From Tubulanus polymorphus (taxonomy: Eukaryota; Animalia; Nemertea): DNA of 64,000 nt. The notes beneath the pieces were generated by a model. The model did not search any database. It worked only from the letters and a program-made list of their open reading frames with translations, and was not told the DNA's origin. Shown piece by piece: positions 12,064 to 24,776 of this stretch. Position 1 is the first letter of the stretch, and every line of letters begins with the position of its first letter. The DNA is taken from NCBI RefSeq assembly GCF_964204645.1, contig NC_134026.1:28926150-28990149 (forward strand), given 5' to 3'. The position numbers and the translations under genes were made by a program.

Positions 12064-13269
12064 CTAGTTTTCATTAGTTTCTTTTGTAATGGCTTTAGAT
12101 TGGCCAACTGCATCATACGATGACGTTCTTCGTTTTGATCCCTGCAAAACTTCCATTCTTTGTTCGCTCCGAGAGTCACGTGATTTGTACGACGGTTTAT
12201 GCCTCCAAAAGAAAATGGCAGCCGAAAACTCGCGCCGAAAGTTTCCATTCAGCCAACCATAAATAATTGGATTGGTTGAAGAGGTGGACATCGCGACCAG
12301 GTGACAACAGGCGTAGGTTAAATTGAAGTTTTTGCTCATCAATATTTTGTAGTTTAAATCAGCAAGAATGTTTAATAAGCCAAGAGGGAACCAGCTAATT
12401 GCGAATACTATCGCAATAGCTACGAGAAGAGATGTATTCTTTCTAACGCGTTGCGTATCTTTAAGAGCGCGACTCATTTCTACCGGTGTTGATGGACTCT
12501 CTAACACCCTCTGGCGTAGAAAAGCGCAAATTCTCCAATGTATTATCAACAAAACAGTTACGGGTAAAATGAACTGTACGACAATTACCGAGAAGGTGTA
12601 AATTGCTTTGACAGTCATCGTGGGCCACAGTTCCATACAAATTCTATGCGCTATTATATCTTCTATGTATTTAGCCTCGTGTAAAGTATTATACATGAAA
12701 AAGGGAACGGATAACGTCAGCGAAACTACCCATATTATCAACATTACAATTAACGGAACTGTATTAGAATCATTAGCGACCACACGAGACGGTTCTACTA
12801 TGGCGTTATAACGATCTAACGCTATCGCCATAGTTGAAAACGTTGACGCGAACACGTTTAGCGCCTGTAGTCCTGGTAACGTTTTGCACATCAACAGTCC
12901 GAGAGTCCAGTCTTTCCTGACGAGTTTGAATAGTGTAAACGGCATACAAATCATACACATTAATATATCGGAAACGGACAGGTTTATGATGAACAGATTT
13001 CTGGCTGTTCGCAGTTTTTTCTTCTTGGCAACGACGTAACAAATAAGCCCGTTCGCTATCATACCAAACAACATTAATAAAGCGTATGACGTAATTAGCG
13101 GTAATTCAATTTGCAGCGGAAACCATTCTTTTCGTGCGGCTTCTTCGTTTACGATCTTTAGGAATTCATGTACGCTGATATTTGTAGCGATTTTTTGCCG
13201 ACTGGAATCTTCGGAGATGTTGAATGTGCTTCGATTTTCAGCGCCGTCGGAGTAGCCATATTGCTGCAT
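12064..13269 (-). CDS. Neuropeptide Y/F receptor-like class A GPCR (single coding exon, preceded by a splice acceptor)
   Basis: 7 TM segments with NLSVSD..CMPFTL, WTLGLLMCK, IALDRY, SWFPL and CHLVAMSTSSTNPIIYGWLN.NFRREF, typical of NPY/NPF receptors. TTTTAG immediately precedes the ATG. Confidence 0.88.
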   Translation of the reverse strand: MQQYGYSDGAENRSTFNISEDSSRQKIATNISVHEFLKIVNEEAARKEWFPLQIELPLITSYALLMLFGMIANGLICYVVAKKKKLRTARNLFIINLSVSDILMCMICMPFTLFKLVRKDWTLGLLMCKTLPGLQALNVFASTFSTMAIALDRYNAIVEPSRVVANDSNTVPLIVMLIIWVVSLTLSVPFFMYNTLHEAKYIEDIIAHRICMELWPTMTVKAIYTFSVIVVQFILPVTVLLIIHWRICAFLRQRVLESPSTPVEMSRALKDTQRVRKNTSLLVAIAIVFAISWFPLGLLNILADLNYKILMSKNFNLTYACCHLVAMSTSSTNPIIYGWLNGNFRREFSAAIFFWRHKPSYKSRDSRSEQRMEVLQGSKRRTSSYDAVGQSKAITKETNEN

Positions 13270-16200
13270 CTAAAATGAAAAATGGAAATAATGGAAACTA
13301 CTAAATTTATCATGAACTAGAAAGAAATTTAGGGGAAAAACTTCTAAGAGAAACATATTTTAGAATTTTGTATAGCGGCGGCAAAACGGTGATGTGAACG
13401 ACAGCTTGTTTAATCCTCCGGCGTGATGCAGATTATCTTATCACAAAATCGACGTTTTAAATCTAAAACATTCCGCGTAGAAGTACGACAGCTGTCAACT
13501 TTTTTTCTTTCTTTTTCGCGTTTACAAACAGAAACTATTCAGATGGTGAAAAAGAAATTGTTTATAGTAACGCAAAGAGCGTCTTTTCATCTTTACAAGC
13601 ATTTACGTTCAAGTAACTTTACCCGCCTGAAATTCTTCCAATACATTTTCATCTATAGATATAAATTTGAAAAATGAAATCCTAATAAAAGAACATATTT
13701 TGATGTATTTCTAGTATAAACTGAAAAACGACTTCTAAGTCTTTAAGGTCTAAGCACAGTCACGGAGACATCCAATTCTGCATTGCGCCTGTGTACGGAA
13801 TTTAGATTTTCCAGATCAAATAGAAACGCAATTCTGTGAACCAAAGCCGCAATGACATTCTAAATGAGATTTACCTTTCTGGGTGACCGCTAATCAAAGC
13901 AAGAACACGCAGAATGAATAACTCCATAAGATGCCTGATATATTGTGCAATAAGAGATTTATGTTGGGTGATATTTTTTTCCAGCGACAGCGCTCGTATT
14001 TTACATTTTCATTGATGCAATTTCGCGGTTACGATGATTACGGCTATTACTTCACGTTATAGAATTTTGAAGGACAGCCTTATCTGCGAGAAACTATTTA
14101 ATTGGATGCACGCATGTTACCGGGGAAAATTTGCAATTATGCCCGCTATAGCTGTACGCATATAACGTAGTGTGCTTTGTATATGTCGGATCATATTCTG
14201 ATGTGACAGACCATGTCAATGATACATCAATCTTAAGAATACAATCTAATTGGTCTCCGCTATCACGAATCTTAGAACAAAATTCCCGGTAGGAATGAAT
14301 CCATGGCATAAGGGACACCATATTGTCGTCTACGTATATTTGAAGTACCGGTTGCGGTGAACCTAAATATACATACAGAAAACCGAACCATGACGAAGCT
14401 ACGTATAACAAGTAAAGAAAACTACTGACAAATGTTAACATTATTCAAGCCTGTTTAATTACGGTGAATAATTTGAACTGTCGATATCAGGCACGATGGT
14501 CAATGTGTCCGTCACCGATTCTCATCTATATTCTGCATCATCCAAATCTCAGTCCTTAAGTCGATAATAAAGAGACCATTAATGCGTCCTGACTATTGAG
14601 ATACGTACGGTACATGACTGTAGGCAATACGAATAAGGCAGTAAGTGTAATGTAAAATCGCCCACGCGCATTGACGACGAGTTCAACCTGCTGACCTGAT
14701 GATATTTAACAAGGAAAGTTGGTAAACCCCGTGCCTTCTTCAATTTGAATTCCCGTCTGTAAACAAATCCATTAATGCCTATATTGATAAACGAGCATTG
14801 GCATTGACCAAAAACATCGGATTCGTTTTTGATTCAACATTCAAGCGATGGCAATGCTATTACTAAGTCTCTATTTTTGAATTACAAACACTTATTCGAT
14901 CAGACTTACGTTATAAAACACCTCAAATTCACGAGAAAACAATATAAAGTTCTTGTTTCTCGAGTTTCTCGAATTTCAATCCCAGAATTTGTTGACGTCA
15001 ACCCGCAGTTACTAAGCAACAATTTGTAAAGACATAACACGTTTTCACACTTAATTTCAGTTGAAAACGTAAACATCACAATTTTTCATTAAAACTGCAT
15101 CAGAGATTGAGCAAAAACCACATGAGAACAAAGGCTAACGTATCAAAACAATGGTTAGTTGGCGTGATCAAATGACTTTAGGAAATTACATCTCTGGGAT
15201 GTTTCCAATTTCATGCACGTACCAGTAACACAGAAAGAGCGGCGGTTTGTTAAGTCGATGAAGAGTTGTTGTAAGTTGTCATGTTTGATGAAATAAGATG
15301 TTCTTAGAAATAGATAAATAAAGTGGATTTGAGTCTCGGTAAAACTTCGTGTATGTAACATTACGAGGGAACGTTTTAGTCGGTGTTTTTGCCAGAAAAG
15401 AATCGCTGTATTTACTCTCGGCGTCAGACAAAGTACTCGCCATTCGCCATCCCACGTCATTTTGTAAACATTGGTTTAATGCGATTCATCTCATAACAGC
15501 CGATCGGCGAAATTGTAAGAATGCTAATAAACGGTTTGTAATTAAAACAACGATCTTACTGAAAAATACCCTAAAATAATTACTACATTCTTGCCATTCA
15601 TCTACGAAAACTAAGACTAGCGCACTAGCGCACTATTGACCTATTGCAATGTGATACTGAACCACATTAGAGGGTTTATGCCCTGTTTGAAGTTAATTAG
15701 CGTCCATTAATCGGAAGTCGTTAGCGTTGGATTTGCATCACCTTGCCTTCAATCAGTTCTTAATTCAGATGCTCTCGACTTGTTGACAATTTTAGCCGCT
15801 GATATTTATAAATCATACATAATACGCACATCAAACATGAATCATTAAACCATAGCTAGATTGTCAATAAGTCATCATTTAGCATTTTCAGAAATTTCTT
15901 AAAAATATTTTGTATTCTCCGCTGATGTAGATCGAATAAACGTAGCCCAATGGTCACCATTAGGTTTAACAATCGTGAGGTCTAACTAATCGTGAGTTCC
16001 GTCTTGCCTGGACCTTATAGTTGTGGACCTATAAATCTATGTCCATTGTAATCGGCGTCGGAAATCTGTTCGGGCCATTATTGTGTTTCGTGACGTCTAA
16101 AATGGTAGTTACGTCTAATTCCAAGATGACGACGCGCTGACGCTCATCCGGTCCATTCATTCCGATACATCAATACTGTTTCTTCCCCGAGCACGAAAAC

Positions 16201-18485
16201 GTTACATTTGAGAGAAACTTACACATTACATTTCATTGAAACTCATCATAGAAATAAGTGATGGATAATTATTTAGCGAATTGCTTTTTTGTATTCTGAT
16301 TTCGCGGAATTGTTTTCGTACAACTAATCGAAAAAGTCCTTCGCATAGCGATAGAGATGTAAATGGATTATACCTTCAATCCAACTGGAATATACAAGAA
16401 CCACACAATCAAATTCTCGTATGTACATTGTTTTTGTGTGCTACGTGCGTTTTCTTGGTAATGTCATTTAGCTTGATACATTATTTCTGTTACCTCAGAA
16501 AACTACACAGGAAATCGCTTAAACAGCGGTTGGCTAGGTTCTACCACATCCTTTATCAATCAATCCATTATCCCAAATATCAGAAACAGCAATCAATTCC
16601 GAAATCAAATGAGACTTTTATTGATTTCGATGAATTGTGATTTTGTCGGAAGGTTTATGATGATGATAATGTTTGTTGGTTGATATAACTCACAGTGTCG
16701 TAGATTATCGTCTTCATTATAAATATCATGGCAAAACACAACGAAACCATAAGGCTGTAACAATTCGATTCAAAGCGTTTTCGAATCGACGAAATGTAAA
16801 ACAATCAAACAGCAATCTGCGACTAGGCGTATTATCTTTTAATGAGATAGAATTTGAATTGAAGATTCGCGCGAACATGCGACGATATAACGACGACAGC
16901 CATTTTAGCCGTGATCGTTTATTTAGATGGATCGGTTTGTGAAAGGTCAAATGCCATTAAATACAATTAATATTCCAAGACGAAACAAGCGGCGAAATAA
17001 TAGACCCAACTATGCCTATATATATATGAATCAACCCGCTCAATCATGCTGTTTTATTCACATTTCGAGTCCGTATTCGTAGTCGATGAATTTTGCTTGT
17101 ATTCTAGACACAAATCACAGCGACTCATTAGGTAAAACTAATGCACGCTATCTCTTCCTATTTACGGGTATCAAGGGAGAACTGTTTTCTAAGTTGGCGA
17201 ATAAATGATTACATCGTGGATTCAGACGGACACGATAACGTTTTTAGTGTTGGTATCTATATGCCATGGGGAACGTACTATTTCCACTTCTATTTTCGTC
17301 TTTTTGAAGCAACTATCATTTTGTGCTGACGGTGTCCATCATTGAGACGTTGGAAAGCATTTTATCAAATTGAGTTCTTAATCGTCTTCATTTCTTTCTA
17401 GAATATAGATAACTAGGCCCTGTTTTGAGAAATCAGCTCGGGCTGTTTTCTTTTTTTTTTCTACGTAGTTATTTTGATTGGAAAAAGTTTTCCTAGCCAA
17501 AATTGCAACGTTGTTTTATGCGATCTAAACAAAAATAAAAACCTTCTACGACTATTTTCAAAATAAAGAACAAAAACATTTGTGAAAATGTCTCAACATT
17601 TTGGTATTCATTATCTAATCTAACAGGAAAAATGCAGATTCCAATTATTACCTACCTCCTGGTTTTGGAAGCCTATCAGTGCCCTCAAAATCAAACGGAT
17701 ATCATCTGAGATTTTCATGTTTGTAATGTGTAAATATAAAACCTGTTCTCAGTAAGTCTGCTGAATTCCAGTCGTACGCGAGATACGCGAAGGAAGATGT
17801 CGCTTCTCTCTCTCGCACTTCGCGTAAAAACATCTACTATATTTGATTATGTTGTTGAATGAACGCATTTTCCAATGTTTATTCAATTGCGTGCCATTAC
17901 AGGAGGCTAAAAGGTAAATAACACAAAAATGCATAACTAAAAAACACTCAGGAGACAAAACCACTTCAAATGGCCGATCATAAGACTAAGCACTTGATTA
18001 AAATCATATATATTAATTTTCTGTGCCTAGTTCGAATAGAAAAACCACTTTTTGGATATAAGGATTAAATGAATGCGTTTTTGAAATATTTAACGAATAG
18101 AAATAAGTATCGCGTCCTATAATACATGCAGTCGGAACCTATACAAGCGAGCCTCATTATCGGTATATAACGATAAAAATAACAATGTGTCATGTATATA
18201 ATAACTGCTTTAATAAAGCCAGACCCTCTCCTAGCTTTTTTCATCTTATTGTGGATTTGTCGCTTTATTGATATCTGACAGTCGCTTGTCTCTGGAAACC
18301 AACTTTTTAGTCTAATGTAAAGTATAATGATTATGTTTTTATATGTTCTATACAAACTAATAAATCATTGTGTGAGATCATTCAAACATTATATTGCAAA
18401 TGATCAACGAGGTAGGACAGACCAACCAAAAAATGACACGCATATTGCCTAGTGCTGCGCATGACTTAACAGTGCATACTTCAAT

Positions 18486-21054
18486 ATGGATGTCGTAACG
18501 CTAACCCTAATTGCTTGTCTTCTTGCGATTGTCTACTTGTTTTTGAGTCGAAAACGCTACAATCTTCCACCAGGACCTAATGGTTATCCTTTCTTCGGAA
18601 ACACGTTTGGTAAGTCCATATGATATTCGAAGTTTATTTTGCCAGTTTGCGAATGATACGTGTGAGAGCCTTGCACGTGTATATTAGTGTATATGTAAGA
18701 AATCAAATATGTACGTGAAATAAAAATAGCCATTTCCTCTCATTATGTCTCGATTTATAGATTTCTGTTTTTTCTGTTTCACGACAGAGTTCAAAAAAGA
18801 AGGTCGACCACTTTATAAATACCTCATAGAGTTGGCGAAGGAGCATGGCGACATATTCAATTTTAGATTAGGTAACGTCAATTTCTTATTTAACGCGTGG
18901 TTAACTACATTTTAATACTTCAACAGCGTTTGTTTTATTTGATTTTGACAGGAATTGGGAGACCAGAAAATGTAATCGTATTGAACAATGTTGATTTGAC
19001 AACAGAAGCATTCGTTCAGAGTTCAGCCTTTGATTATCGGCCGTCGTCCTGGTCATGTAATTATTCCCATCATCGTTCTCCTATAAGTTTATATATAGTC
19101 GACTGCTGTATAAATGTTTGATAATTTTCTGAATATTTTAATTTTTTGTTCAAGTTGATATGTTTGGGAATGGAGGCCGAGATATAATTTCCGGCCGACC
19201 CGACGATCCAGTTTGGAGAATTCAGCGTAAGCTAACTACAACCGGTCTGAGGTAAACATATTGATGCGCATTAAGTTTATGTATTTACGCAATAAACATT
19301 TGTCAATATCTTTAGAAATTTTAGAAATTGTTGATATCTTGAATGGAAAATGCTGTATGATGGGTATAGCGTCCTCTAATAAACATTCATATTTAATCTG
19401 TTTAGTGTTGGTATCTATGCCAGGGGGAACGTACTATTTTCACTTCCATTTTTCGATTTTATATCATTTAGGAATTTCCTGAGTGGATCCAGACTGGATA
19501 GTAAGGTGCAAGCGTCGTTTGAAAAAGGTGTTGCTGAATTCGATAAAGTCATTGGGAAACCAGTACAAATCAAACCCATTCTTAATCTAATGATTTACAA
19601 CGTAATCTGTGATATGTTGTTTAATTTGCAGTAAGTTTAACCTGTTTAAAAAAATCTGATTTCTGTTCCATTTGTTGCAAATACATTATGGATTTGAATC
19701 TTTACCTAAAGGTACGATTTCGATGATGAAGATTTCAAAAATCTGTGCACATATCTTGCCGCATTCGATGAGCTATTCGGTAACGGTTTATTAGAGGACG
19801 CTATACCCATCATACAGTATTTTCCATTCAAGACGAGAAATAGTAGAAGATTCATGAAAATCAACGAACAAAAAATGTCTTTCTTTGAAACACAATTTCG
19901 TGAACACGTTAACAAATACGATCCAGGCAGGTTTTCTTTATACTATTCGAGAATTTAGAGAATATGTGATTAGCGTAAGATTCAAACTCTATAATCTACA
20001 TGTTATTTGTATTTGTTGGAAATAAAAATGAAAATCGAATTTGAAATTTACAGAGAATATTGGAGATCTTATTGACTACCTGATTAATGCAAGAGATCAA
20101 CTACGCGAGGAAGATGCTGAACTAGCCGAAAGGTTCTCTGACCGACATCTCGTTCAGACTATAAATAATGGATTTACCGGTAAAGCGGCAAACCCTGTAT
20201 TCAATTATTTCATACACAGATTTCCGGTTGTTGAAATGATTTGAATTAACGAGTTTCACACAATAATATTTACATTTATCTGTTGATATTAGCGGGAGTG
20301 GATACATCGACTCATTCATTGAATTGGTTGTTTTACTTCATGGCAAAATATCCCGAAATACAAGACCGAGTTCACAAAGAAATAAACGAAGTTATTGGTA
20401 ATAGAAATAAATATACGTTGATTCTGAAATGAAAAATAAAGATGGTAATGTTTATTTTTCTAACATTCGTTTTCAATTTCACAGGAAATCGACAACCGAC
20501 AATCAATGATAAATCAAATATGATTTATTGTGAAGCGTTTATGCTTGAAACAATGCGCATTTGTCCTATTGGCCCCATACTATTGCGAGCAGCCAGTGTC
20601 GATGCTAAACTGGGTAAGCTGAGCAATACTGTTTTCTGCACCAGGCAATATTACGACACCTCCAAATGAGCTTTATGATATTTTGAATATTTCAGATGGT
20701 TATGATATACCAAAGGGTTCTCAAGTTTGGGCAAATGTATATGCATGTCACCACGACCCGAGAGTCTGGGACGACCCCGACGATTTCAAACCGGAGCGAT
20801 TCATTGACGAAGATGATGGTAAAATCGTCGCTCGTCCTAAATCCTGGTTGACGTTTGGTGCTGGAAAACGAGCTTGTATCGGTGAAAACTCCGCCAAACA
20901 TCTTGTATTCGTCTTTTTCGTCAGCTTGATACAGAGATTTACATTCAGTTTCCCAGACGGAAATTACCTGAAACGGAGAAAATCAGAATTAGAAGATAAC
21001 GCTTTTCTATGTATGGCAAAACCGTACGAGGTGATTATCAGCGCTCGTTCATAA
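18486..21054 (+). CDS. Cytochrome P450, CYP2 clan (CYP17/CYP1-like), copy A, 10 exons
   Basis: N-terminal anchor plus LPPGP, WRIQRK (C helix), AGVDTST (I helix), ETMR, PERF and FGAGKRACIG heme motif. The frame is intact if intron 6 uses a GC donor at 19927. Confidence 0.93.
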
Positions 21055-21366
21055 TAAGATTGACAATATACTGTCAGTGTATGGAGTGTCATGGTTTTAT
21101 AGGTATTTGTTTGAACATTTTTCTGTTACATTTAGAATTTGTTTGCAATATATATTACTAGATATACATGTATACTTAATGCTTACCAATGTTTCCACTA
21201 ATTATGTTCTTAGTATTTATAAATAAATAAAAATCTAAAGATAAATCATCTTCTCATTTTGATTTAGATTAGTAATAAACTTCGTGATTTTAATCACGTT
21301 TTGAATTTGTTTACAGTGGATTTCTAGTAGGTTCGAGTTCTTAATAGTTTCTGTTGCTATCTTCTG

Positions 21367-21474
21367 GGTCCAGTTCCACAGTTCGGAGTTAAGATTTGAC
21401 CCTGAGTTAACTCATTGAAAATGAACTAATTTTAACTCAGAGTTAACTCTAACTCACAACTGTGGAACTGGGTC
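21367..21474. mobile_element. 108-bp Harbinger-like MITE with a CWG target; empty site visible in paralogous segments
   Basis: TIR GGTCCAGTTCCACAGTT / AACTGTGGAACTGGGTC, flanked by CTG and CAG. The empty site TATCTTCAGGGTGTTCG occurs near 25113 and 28265. Confidence 0.88.
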
Positions 21475-21883
21475 CAGGGTGTTCGTAGGATATCAATCAC
21501 CATGGCAGACAATCCAAAATAGATAAATTGTTTATTCATAAATTCTCTCTCGCTAAGACATTGGAACCCAAAGATCATAGCTAACATTCCAGCGATATAT
21601 AGGCTACATTTAAAAGAATTCTCCAACTCGTTCGAGTTTCATTTATTTGAATGAAAATCCATTCGTTTTCGTTGACGCCAAGTATTTTCCATCACATGGT
21701 AAAATGATTAGCGATAAACGTTTGATTCCCGCAAACGAATTGATTTAATACGGTTGGATTTTTTCATGCTTAGGAGAAATAATTAATTCCAGCTCATCTT
21801 AGCTTTAAAAATTTCATGGTTGGAAATATATGAATATCTGCACTGATAGTTCTTTGATACACGCTTCATCAGCTTCCATTGCC

Positions 21884-21910
21884 ATATACTTTAAGAACAT
21901 TTTTGGTGTA
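21884..21910 (+). pseudogene. Decayed 5' stub of a third copy of the tandem GPCR gene
   Basis: CGCTTCATCAGCTT...CC-ATA-TAC-TTT-AAG-AAC-ATT-TTT-GGT matches CGCTTCATCAGCTT...CC-ATG-GAT-TTT-GAA-AGT-ATT-TTT-GGT at 25538. The upstream 21480-21880 is also homologous to 25120-25537. Confidence 0.7.
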
Positions 21911-22321
21911 GCTCCTGTATACAACTATAGATTGATTAGTAGCATAACCCTGGGAAGTGAGAAGTGATATTTACCCGATATGGATGGTGTGATGAATGTA
22001 TGCTCATGTTCCTAATTCGTCTCTGGCGCGTCAACATATTGTAGGAAAGTAAAAGCGTGTTATAGAATATTTGCAATTAGAAATGAATATCGCTTCTATT
22101 AATAAATGCAGTCGTCGGTAAATGTATTGTTTAGGTAAAAAACCTTAATATTTGTCAGTATAGACATGAAAACGGCAATCACTGTTATAGATATAGAAGA
22201 TCATTCAAATATTGTACGTGACCATTGAATTAGGACGAACTAACTAAAAGTAACATACATGTCGCAGTACTCGCAGTACTGCAGTATAGTCAGAGAATAA
22301 GCATACAGTGCATACTTCAAC

Positions 22322-24776
22322 ATGGATGTCATAACGTTAACACTTATTGCTTGTCTTCTTGCGATTGTCTACTTGTTTTTGAGTCGAAAACGCTACAATC
22401 TTCCACCAGGACCTAAAGGTTATCCTTTCGTCGGAAATACGTTTGGTAAGTCTTTGATTTCGCCAGTTTGCGAATGCTCGGATGCTATCGTTTCCAATGG
22501 CGACGGAATGTGTTGGAAATTTGGAGAAATGTTTTCATATCATGTTGATTGTTTTTGGACATGTCACTCCTGAGAGCTGTGTACTTTAGTGTACAAGGGA
22601 GAAAAAAATACAAAGTAAAGAAATAGAACAAAAATAGCGAGTTTCTATCATTATTTCTACGGTATATACATTATCTTATGACAGAGTTCAAAAAAGAAGG
22701 TCGGCCACTTTATAAACACTTCATAGAATTGGCAAAGGAGCATGGCGACATATTCAATTTTAGATTAGGTAACGTCGACTTAACGGATGGTTTTTAACAA
22801 ATGTTTATCAGTTGCTTATACGTAAACATTCGTTTATAACTCTTTCACAGGAATTGGAAGACCAGAAAATGTGATCGTATTAAACAATATTGATTTGGTA
22901 ACAAATGCATTCGTTCAGAGTTCAGCCTTTGATTATCGACCGTCGTCCTGGTCATGTAATTATTCTCGTCGTTGTTCTCCTATAAATTTATATCTAGTCG
23001 AGTAAAATATAACTGTTTGATAATTTTCTGAATATTTGGGGTTTTTTTCAAGTTGAATATTTTGCGGACGGAGGCCGAGATATAGTTTTGGGTAAGCCCG
23101 ACGATCCAGTGTGGAGAATACAGCGTAAGATAACTACAACTGGTCTAAGGTAAACATATTTCCACCTATTCCTATATTAGGTTGCTTTTTTAACAAAAAC
23201 AATATATGATATTGTTGATATGATTTAGGAATTTCCTGAGTGGATCAAGACTGGATAGTAAGGTGCAAGCGTCGGTTGAAAAAGGTGTTGCTGAATTCGA
23301 TAAAGTCATTGGGAAACCAGTTCAAATCAAACCCATTCTTAATCTAATGATTTACAACGTTATCTGCGATATGTTGTTTAATTTGCAGTAAGTTTAACGT
23401 ATTGAATATATTTCTATTCTGTTTTAAGTAAAATCATTATACGACTGAATTTGAATCTTGATCTAAAGGTTTGATTTCGATGATAAAGATTTCAAAAACC
23501 TGTACACATATCTTGCCGAAATGGATGAGATGTTCAGTGACGGTTTGTTAGAAGACGCTTTGCCCCTCGTACAGTATCTGCCATTCAAGACGAGTAGCAC
23601 TAGAAGATTTATAGAAATGTTCGAACACGTAATGACTTTCTTTGAAACACAATTTCGTGAACACGTTAATAAGTACGATCCAGGCAGGTATTCCATTATT
23701 CTATTCGTGAACTGAGCCAAAATTATTATATAACTATTCTATTTTATATGACTAGGAACAGAATGAAAATCTAATTTGAAATTTACAGACAATATTGGAG
23801 ATCTTATTGACTACTTGATTAATGCAAGAGAACATCTACGAGAGGAAGATGCTGAACTAGCAGAAAAGTTCTCTGACCGACATCTCGTTCAAACTATCAA
23901 TGATATATTTATCGGTAAAGTAAAAATCTAATTTCATATGAATATAGATTTTTGATCGTTGAAATGAAAGCAACTATTTTCACACAATGATATCGGTTAT
24001 TTGTTGATAACAGCGGGAGTGGATACATCAACTCATTCACTGAATTGGTTGTTTTACTTCATGGCAAAATATCCCGAAATACAAGACCGAGTTCACAAAG
24101 AAATAGATGAAGTTATTGGTAATAGAAATAAATATACGTTGATTCTGAAATGAAAAATAAAGATGTTTAAGTTTATCTATCTAACATTCATTTCCAATTT
24201 CACAGGAAATCGACAACCGACAATCAATGATAAATCAAATATGATTTATTGCGAGGCGGTTATGCTTGAAACAATGCGCATTTGTCCTGTTGGTCCCATA
24301 CTATTGCGAGCAGCCAGTGTCGATGCTAAACTGGGTAAGCTGAGCAATACTGTATTCTGCGTCACACATTATTACGACACCTCCAATTGAGCTTTATGAT
24401 ATTTTGATATATTTCAGATGGTTATGATATACCAAAGGGTTCTCAAGTTTGGGCAAATGTATATGCATGTCACCACGACTCGAGACTCTGGGACGACCCC
24501 GAGGATTTCCAACCGGAGCGATTCATTGACGAAGATGATGGTAAAATCGTCGCTCGTCCTAAATCCTGGTTGACGTTTGGTGCTGGAAAACGAGCTTGTA
24601 TCGGTGAAAACTCCGCCAAACACCAAGTATTCGTCTTTTTCGTCAGCTTGATGCAGAGATTTACATTCAGTATCCCAGACGAAAATTACCTGAAACGTAG
24701 ACAAACAGAATTAGATGATAACGGCTTTCTCTGTATGGCAAAACAGTACGAGGTGATTATCAGCGCTCGTTCATAA
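22322..24776 (+). CDS. Cytochrome P450, CYP2 clan, copy B (recent tandem paralog), 10 exons
   Basis: Same exon structure and motifs as copy A (LPPGP, DIFIAGVDTS, ETMR, PERF, FGAGKRACIG). GC donor at 23684. Confidence 0.93.

Noticed and set aside
14094-14441. 115-aa minus-strand ORF with a hydrophobic N-terminus
   Set aside because: No recognisable domain or splice support. It lies in the likely 5' UTR intron region of the NPY/F receptor.
18501-18510. CTAACCCTAA, a telomerase-template-like decamer (also near 44094)
   Set aside because: One copy is inside P450 coding sequence and the other inside a MITE. No pseudoknot or H/ACA context.
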